A DNA stretch of 64,000 nucleotides, taken from assembly GCA_963765205.1 (NCBI GenBank), contig CAVXVB010000002.1:32001-96000 (forward strand). The letters run 5' to 3'. Shown here in pieces: positions 59,660 through 64,000 of this stretch. Under the pieces are notes generated by a model. It was given only the letters and a program-made list of their open reading frames with translations, did no database searches and was not told the origin of the DNA. Position 1 is the first letter of the stretch. Each line of letters opens with the position of its first letter. The translations under genes were made by a program, and so were the position numbers. Source of the stretch: an uncultured Verrucomicrobiae bacterium. GTDB lineage: Bacteria > Verrucomicrobiota > Verrucomicrobiia > Opitutales > JABDGR01.

Positions 59660-61513
59660 ATGAGCACCCCCGAACGGCACGCCTTCCAGGCCGAGGTGCG
59701 CCAGCTCCTCGACATCGTCGTCCACGCCCTCTACACCGACCGCGAGATTTTCCTGCGCGAGCTGGTTTCAAACGCCTCCGACGCGCTGGAAAAACTGCGC
59801 CACCTTCAGCTCGCCGGCGAAAAGCCCTTTGACGAGCATCTGCCGCTCGAAATCAACCTCACGACCGACGACACTGCGGGCGTCATCACCCTCCAGGACT
59901 TCGGCGTCGGCATGACGCGCGAGGAGCTGATCGAAAACCTGGGCACCATCGCGCACTCTGGCTCGAAGAAGTTTTTGGAGGCGCTCAAGGAAAAAGGCGG
60001 CGGCGCGGAGAACCTCATCGGCCAGTTCGGCGTCGGTTTTTACAGCGCCTTCATGGTCGCGCAGGAGGTCAAGGTCTTCGCGCGCTCGTGGCAGCCCGAC
60101 GCCGCCGGCGTGGTCTGGACCAGCGACGGCTCCGGCGAATACGCCCTCGAACCCGCCGAGGGCCAGCGCCGCGGCTGCAAAATCGTCCTGCACCTCAAGC
60201 CCGACGCGCGCGAGTTCGCCAAAGCCGACCGTGTGCGCGCGATTTTGGAGCGCTATTCGAATTTCGTCGCCTTCCCGGTCAACCTCAACGGCGAGCGCGT
60301 GAACAAAGTTGAGGCGCTGTGGCTGAAGCAAAAAAAAGACATCACGCCCGAACAATACAAGGAGTTTTACCGTTTTCAGGCTCACCTGCCCGACGAGCCG
60401 CTCGCCTGGCTGCATTTTTCCGCCGACGCCCCGCTCGCGCTCAACGCGCTCCTGTTCGTGCCCGGCCTGAACCCGGAAAAATTCGGCTTTGGCCGCACCC
60501 CGCCCGGCGTCGCGCTCTATTGCCGCAAAGTTTTGATTGACCCCGCGCCGAAGGAACTGCTGCCGGAATGGTTGCGCTTCATCCGCGGTGTGGTGGACAG
60601 CGCCGACCTGCCGCTCAACATCTCGCGCGAAACGATGCAGAACAGCGCGCTGATGCAAAAACTCAACCGCGTGCTCACGAAGCGATTTTTGAAATTCCTC
60701 GATGAACTCGCCGGCAAGGACGCCGCCGCCTACGAAAAAATTTACCACGCGTTCAACCACTATTTCAAGGAAGGCATCGCCGCCGACTTCGAGCACCGCG
60801 CCGCGCTCGCGGGGTTGCTGCGCTTCGAGTCCAGCGCGCAGGCTGCCGGCCAGCTCACGGGTTTCGCCGATTACGTGGCGCGCCAGTCCTCCGGGCAGAA
60901 GGAAATTTATTTTCTCCAGGCCCATGACCGCGCCGCCGCCGAAAGCGGCCCCTACCTCGAAGCCTTCAAGGCCCGCGGCCTCGAAGTCCTGCTCTGCTTC
61001 GAGCCGATTGATGATTTTGTCATGTCGCAACTGGGCGCGTTTCAGGACAAACCCCTTGTCGCCGCCGACCAGGCCGACTTGAAACTGGCCGATTTGCCGG
61101 CGCCCGCCGGCGCGGAACCGCTCTCTCCCGAGGCGCTCGCCGGCTTGTGCGCCTGGCTCAAGGAAATCCTCCGCGAACAAAACGTCGTTTCGGTCGAGGG
61201 CGGCTCGCGCCTGGTGGACAGCCCGGCCATCGCGCTTAATGCCGACGCAGCGGTCAGCTCGAACATGCGTCGCATCCTGCGTGCAATGAAAAACGACGAA
61301 CTGGCCGCGCCGCCGTCGGTCATCCTCCAGGTCAACCCCCGCCATCCGCTCGTGAAAAACCTCGACACGCTGCGCGGGAAAGACGTGGACCTCGCCCGCC
61401 TCGTCGGCGAACAACTTTATGACAATGCGCTGCTGGCCGGCGGCCTGCTGGAAGATTCGCGCCGGCTCGTGCAACGCTCCTACACGCTCCTCGAACGCGT
61501 CTCCCAAAACTGA
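59660..61513 (+). CDS. htpG: Chaperone HtpG (Hsp90)
   Basis: FQAEV, EIFLRELVSNASDA, NLGTIAHSG, IGQFGVGFYSAF and DSADLPLNISRE motifs. Confidence 0.98.
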   Translation: MSTPERHAFQAEVRQLLDIVVHALYTDREIFLRELVSNASDALEKLRHLQLAGEKPFDEHLPLEINLTTDDTAGVITLQDFGVGMTREELIENLGTIAHSGSKKFLEALKEKGGGAENLIGQFGVGFYSAFMVAQEVKVFARSWQPDAAGVVWTSDGSGEYALEPAEGQRRGCKIVLHLKPDAREFAKADRVRAILERYSNFVAFPVNLNGERVNKVEALWLKQKKDITPEQYKEFYRFQAHLPDEPLAWLHFSADAPLALNALLFVPGLNPEKFGFGRTPPGVALYCRKVLIDPAPKELLPEWLRFIRGVVDSADLPLNISRETMQNSALMQKLNRVLTKRFLKFLDELAGKDAAAYEKIYHAFNHYFKEGIAADFEHRAALAGLLRFESSAQAAGQLTGFADYVARQSSGQKEIYFLQAHDRAAAESGPYLEAFKARGLEVLLCFEPIDDFVMSQLGAFQDKPLVAADQADLKLADLPAPAGAEPLSPEALAGLCAWLKEILREQNVVSVEGGSRLVDSPAIALNADAAVSSNMRRILRAMKNDELAAPPSVILQVNPRHPLVKNLDTLRGKDVDLARLVGEQLYDNALLAGGLLEDSRRLVQRSYTLLERVSQN

Positions 61514-62523
61514 ACCCGCCCACTTCCAGCCGCCTGCTCCTCGCGCGTCCGGGCTATACGCGGTTCCTCGCCCGCGAAGCGGCCGAAGGCGGCCCGCCGC
61601 CCCTCGCGCAAGGGCCGACCTGGGTGCTGGCCGCGCCCGGCCCCGGCGACTTGTGTTTCGCCTATGCCTCGTTCACCGACCCGCACGAAATTTCCGCGAC
61701 CTCGGTGAACGGCGCGGCCAAGGCCATCTTGAATTATTTTTTGGAATCCTGCCGCGGCGAACAATTCACCCAACCCTGGCCGCTCCAGTTTCGCGCGGAT
61801 GAAACCGTGGTCGGACTCAGCCGCCGTGCCATCGCCGTCGAGAAAACCTTCAAGCTCGAGCTGACGAAACGCCTGGCGCGTGTCGCGAAGCTCGCACAGC
61901 CGCGGGCGGAAGATACTTTGGGTGCGCAGCGCGGCCTCTTTGCCTATTGGCGGGATTTCACCCATTGCTGGGTCGCGCGCGACGCCGTGCCCGGCGGCCA
62001 GCGCCGCATGGCCGACGACCCCGCCGCGCCGTCGCGCTCATATTTGAAATTGGAGGAAGCCTACGGCCTGCTTGGCCGCGAACCGCAACCTGGCGAAACC
62101 GTGGTGGACCTCGGCGCGGCGCCCGGCGGCTGGAGTTTCAGCGCCGCCAAGCACGGCGCGAGCGTGCTCGCCCTCGACAACGGCCCGCTCAAAGGCGGCG
62201 CGCTCGGCCATCCGCTCATTCGCCACGAACAAGTGGACGCCTTTCGCTTCGCTCCGCCGCCGGGCCAGACTTTTGACTGGCTGCTTTGCGATGTCGTGGA
62301 CGATCCGGACAAAGTACTCGCCTTGCTCGAACGCTGGGTGGCGCAACGCGCCTGCCGCCGCTTCGTTGTCAATTTGAAATTTGGCCGCACCGACCCGCTG
62401 CCGTTGCTGCACAAGACGGTGGGGCCGGCATCGTCGTTAGCGCGGGCTTGCGTCTCGCTGCGCGCGCGGCATCTTTTCCATGACCGCGAGGAATTCACCC
62501 TCGTCGGAGAATTGCGCGCCTAA
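61510..62523 (+). CDS. RlmM/FtsJ-like rRNA 2'-O-methyltransferase, probable CTG start
   Basis: APSRSYLKLEEA, VDLGAAPGGW, LCDV, NLK and HDREEFT motifs; frame is open upstream to CTG at 61510. Confidence 0.85.
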   Translation: MNPPTSSRLLLARPGYTRFLAREAAEGGPPPLAQGPTWVLAAPGPGDLCFAYASFTDPHEISATSVNGAAKAILNYFLESCRGEQFTQPWPLQFRADETVVGLSRRAIAVEKTFKLELTKRLARVAKLAQPRAEDTLGAQRGLFAYWRDFTHCWVARDAVPGGQRRMADDPAAPSRSYLKLEEAYGLLGREPQPGETVVDLGAAPGGWSFSAAKHGASVLALDNGPLKGGALGHPLIRHEQVDAFRFAPPPGQTFDWLLCDVVDDPDKVLALLERWVAQRACRRFVVNLKFGRTDPLPLLHKTVGPASSLARACVSLRARHLFHDREEFTLVGELRA

Positions 62524-62526
62524 ATC

Positions 62527-63339
62527 ATGCCCGCCCCCGCCGCCAAGCCCGCGATGCGCCCCGTGACCGTGTGCGGCTTCAAAGCCGTGGCCGCGGCTTT
62601 TGCGCGCCGGCCCAAATGCATCCAGCGCCTTTTTTTTGACGCCGCCACCGCGCCGAAGACCGGCGAATTCTGCTCCTGGCTCGCCTCGGAACGCCGCATC
62701 TACCGCCAGGTGCCTGCGGAGGAATTGGAGCGCATCGCCGGCACCATCCACCACGGCGGCATCGTCGCCGCGACCGAGCGGCCGCTGCTGCGCGCGCCGC
62801 GTTTCGGCGAATTTGCGGAATGGCAGCGCGCGGGCGAGCCGGTGCTCATCCTCGACCGCATTGGCAACCCGCACAACCTCGGCGCCATCGCGCGCTCCGC
62901 CGCGTTTTTTGGCGTACCGCGCATGATGATCGCGCGCCACCCGCAGCAAGCCCAGCCCAACGACGCCGCGTATCGTGTCGCCGAGGGCGGCCTGGAACAT
63001 GTGCAAATTTTCGAAGTCGCTTCGCTGCCGTTGATTGTCAAACAACTGCGCGAGCGCTTTCTGATCGTCGGCGCGGCCGTGCGCGGCGGCAAAAGCCTCG
63101 ACACCGCGCGCCCTCCGCGCGCCCCCGGCCGGCCCGTCGTGCTCATGCTCGGTAATGAAGAAACCGGCCTCGACCCCAAACTGCAAAGCCTGTGCGAACT
63201 GTTTGTGCGCATCCCCGGCGGCGGTGCGGTCGAGTCTCTCAATGTCAGCGCCGCTGCGGCGATTTTGCTGCACTGGATGATGATTGGCACCCACGACAAA
63301 AAAACCGTGCCGCCGGGCCAACCGCCGCTGACGCGTTAA
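62527..63339 (+). CDS. TrmH/SpoU family RNA methyltransferase
   Basis: LDRIGNPHNLGAIARSAAFFG, LGNEETG and VESLNVS motifs. Confidence 0.93.
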   Translation: MPAPAAKPAMRPVTVCGFKAVAAAFARRPKCIQRLFFDAATAPKTGEFCSWLASERRIYRQVPAEELERIAGTIHHGGIVAATERPLLRAPRFGEFAEWQRAGEPVLILDRIGNPHNLGAIARSAAFFGVPRMMIARHPQQAQPNDAAYRVAEGGLEHVQIFEVASLPLIVKQLRERFLIVGAAVRGGKSLDTARPPRAPGRPVVLMLGNEETGLDPKLQSLCELFVRIPGGGAVESLNVSAAAAILLHWMMIGTHDKKTVPPGQPPLTR

Positions 63340-63356
63340 CTTTCCTAAATTTTTCC

Positions 63357-64000
63357 ATGTCACTGCCGCTTTCCTATAACGCCGCCGAACTGGGCCAGGC
63401 CGACCGCCTGCACGGTTGTGAATGGCTGGAGACAAACGGCCTCGGCGGGTGGGCCGGCAGCACTATTTCCGGCGCGCACACCCGCCGCTACCACGGCCTG
63501 CTCGTCGCCGCGCTCCATCCGCCGGGCGGGCGCATGGCGCTGCTATCGAAGCTGGAGGAGAACCTGCTCTGCGCCGGCGCAAGTTACGACCTCGGCTGCA
63601 ATCAATATCCCGGCGCGATCGCGCCCTGCGGGTTTCAATACATTGAAAATTTTTCCCTCCTGCCTTTCCCCACCTGGCGTTACCACGCTGGACCGCTGGT
63701 GCTCGAAAAGCAAATCGGCGCGATCCACGGCGAGAACACGACGGTCATTCAATACAAGCTGCTCGAAGCGCCCGGCCCGGTTCAGTTGCTGCTGCGCCCG
63801 CTCGTCTCGGTGCGGGATTACCATAGCCTCCAGCACGCCAATAACAACATCTTGCGCGATGCGCCTTTCGCCGGCGGCATTTTGACTTTACACGCCTATG
63901 ACGGCACGCCGCCGTTTTATATCCACGCGCCCGGCGCTTCCTTCGATTACGCGCCCTATTGGTATTACCACTTTCAATACCGCGAAGAGCAGGCCCGTGG
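63357..64000 (+). CDS. Glycogen debranching enzyme / amylo-alpha-1,6-glucosidase N-terminus; runs off the window
   Basis: Manual translation from ATG 63357: MSLPLSY...EWLETNGLGGWAGSTISGAHTRRYHGLLVAA...LSKLEE. Confidence 0.9.
   Translation, partial: MSLPLSYNAAELGQADRLHGCEWLETNGLGGWAGSTISGAHTRRYHGLLVAALHPPGGRMALLSKLEENLLCAGASYDLGCNQYPGAIAPCGFQYIENFSLLPFPTWRYHAGPLVLEKQIGAIHGENTTVIQYKLLEAPGPVQLLLRPLVSVRDYHSLQHANNNILRDAPFAGGILTLHAYDGTPPFYIHAPGASFDYAPYWYYHFQYREEQAR

Noticed and set aside
59768..61507. Long antisense ORFs (also 15673-17331, 2385-3746, 36400-37695, 4114-5166)
   Set aside because: Shadow ORFs opposite well-supported genes, expected in GC-rich DNA, with no motifs
1..64000. CRISPR array or cas genes
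   Set aside because: No regularly spaced repeat-spacer array. The repeats seen are dispersed palindromes or 7-mers, and there are no cas-like ORFs

Overview
This is a GC-rich bacterial window. Gene content and style (fused ccoNO, DUF5069- and DUF2851-like genes, dapL) suggest a Verrucomicrobiota/Opitutales-type genome, which is inference. It carries mostly housekeeping and metabolic genes (pckG, rlhA-type U32, gpmI, dapL, thyA-folA, htpG, rRNA methylases), a complete cbb3 oxidase cluster and three tRNAs (Val-GAC, Glu-CTC, Ala-CGC). Four things stand out. (1) A 6.8 kb element is integrated in tRNA-Glu, with a 36 bp att duplication, arm-type repeats and an IHF-like site. It encodes an integrase, an AlpA/Xis-like protein, an AAA helicase, an iteron cluster, a primase and a lambda Nu1-like small terminase, but no capsid or tail genes, making it a candidate minimal phage satellite (PICI-like). 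(2) A bacillithiol-like operon has bshA and bshB1 accompanied by a half-size (255 aa) BshC-like protein, a secreted PIG-L enzyme and a sodium:solute symporter. (3) Four dispersed paralogs of an unannotated exported domain are present, two sharing a conserved 3' flank. (4) Several families of palindromic or heptameric repeats occur, including a REP-like copy inside a coding sequence. Many single-base frameshifts in the first 25 kb probably reflect assembly errors. All family calls come from motif recognition by eye, without database searches.
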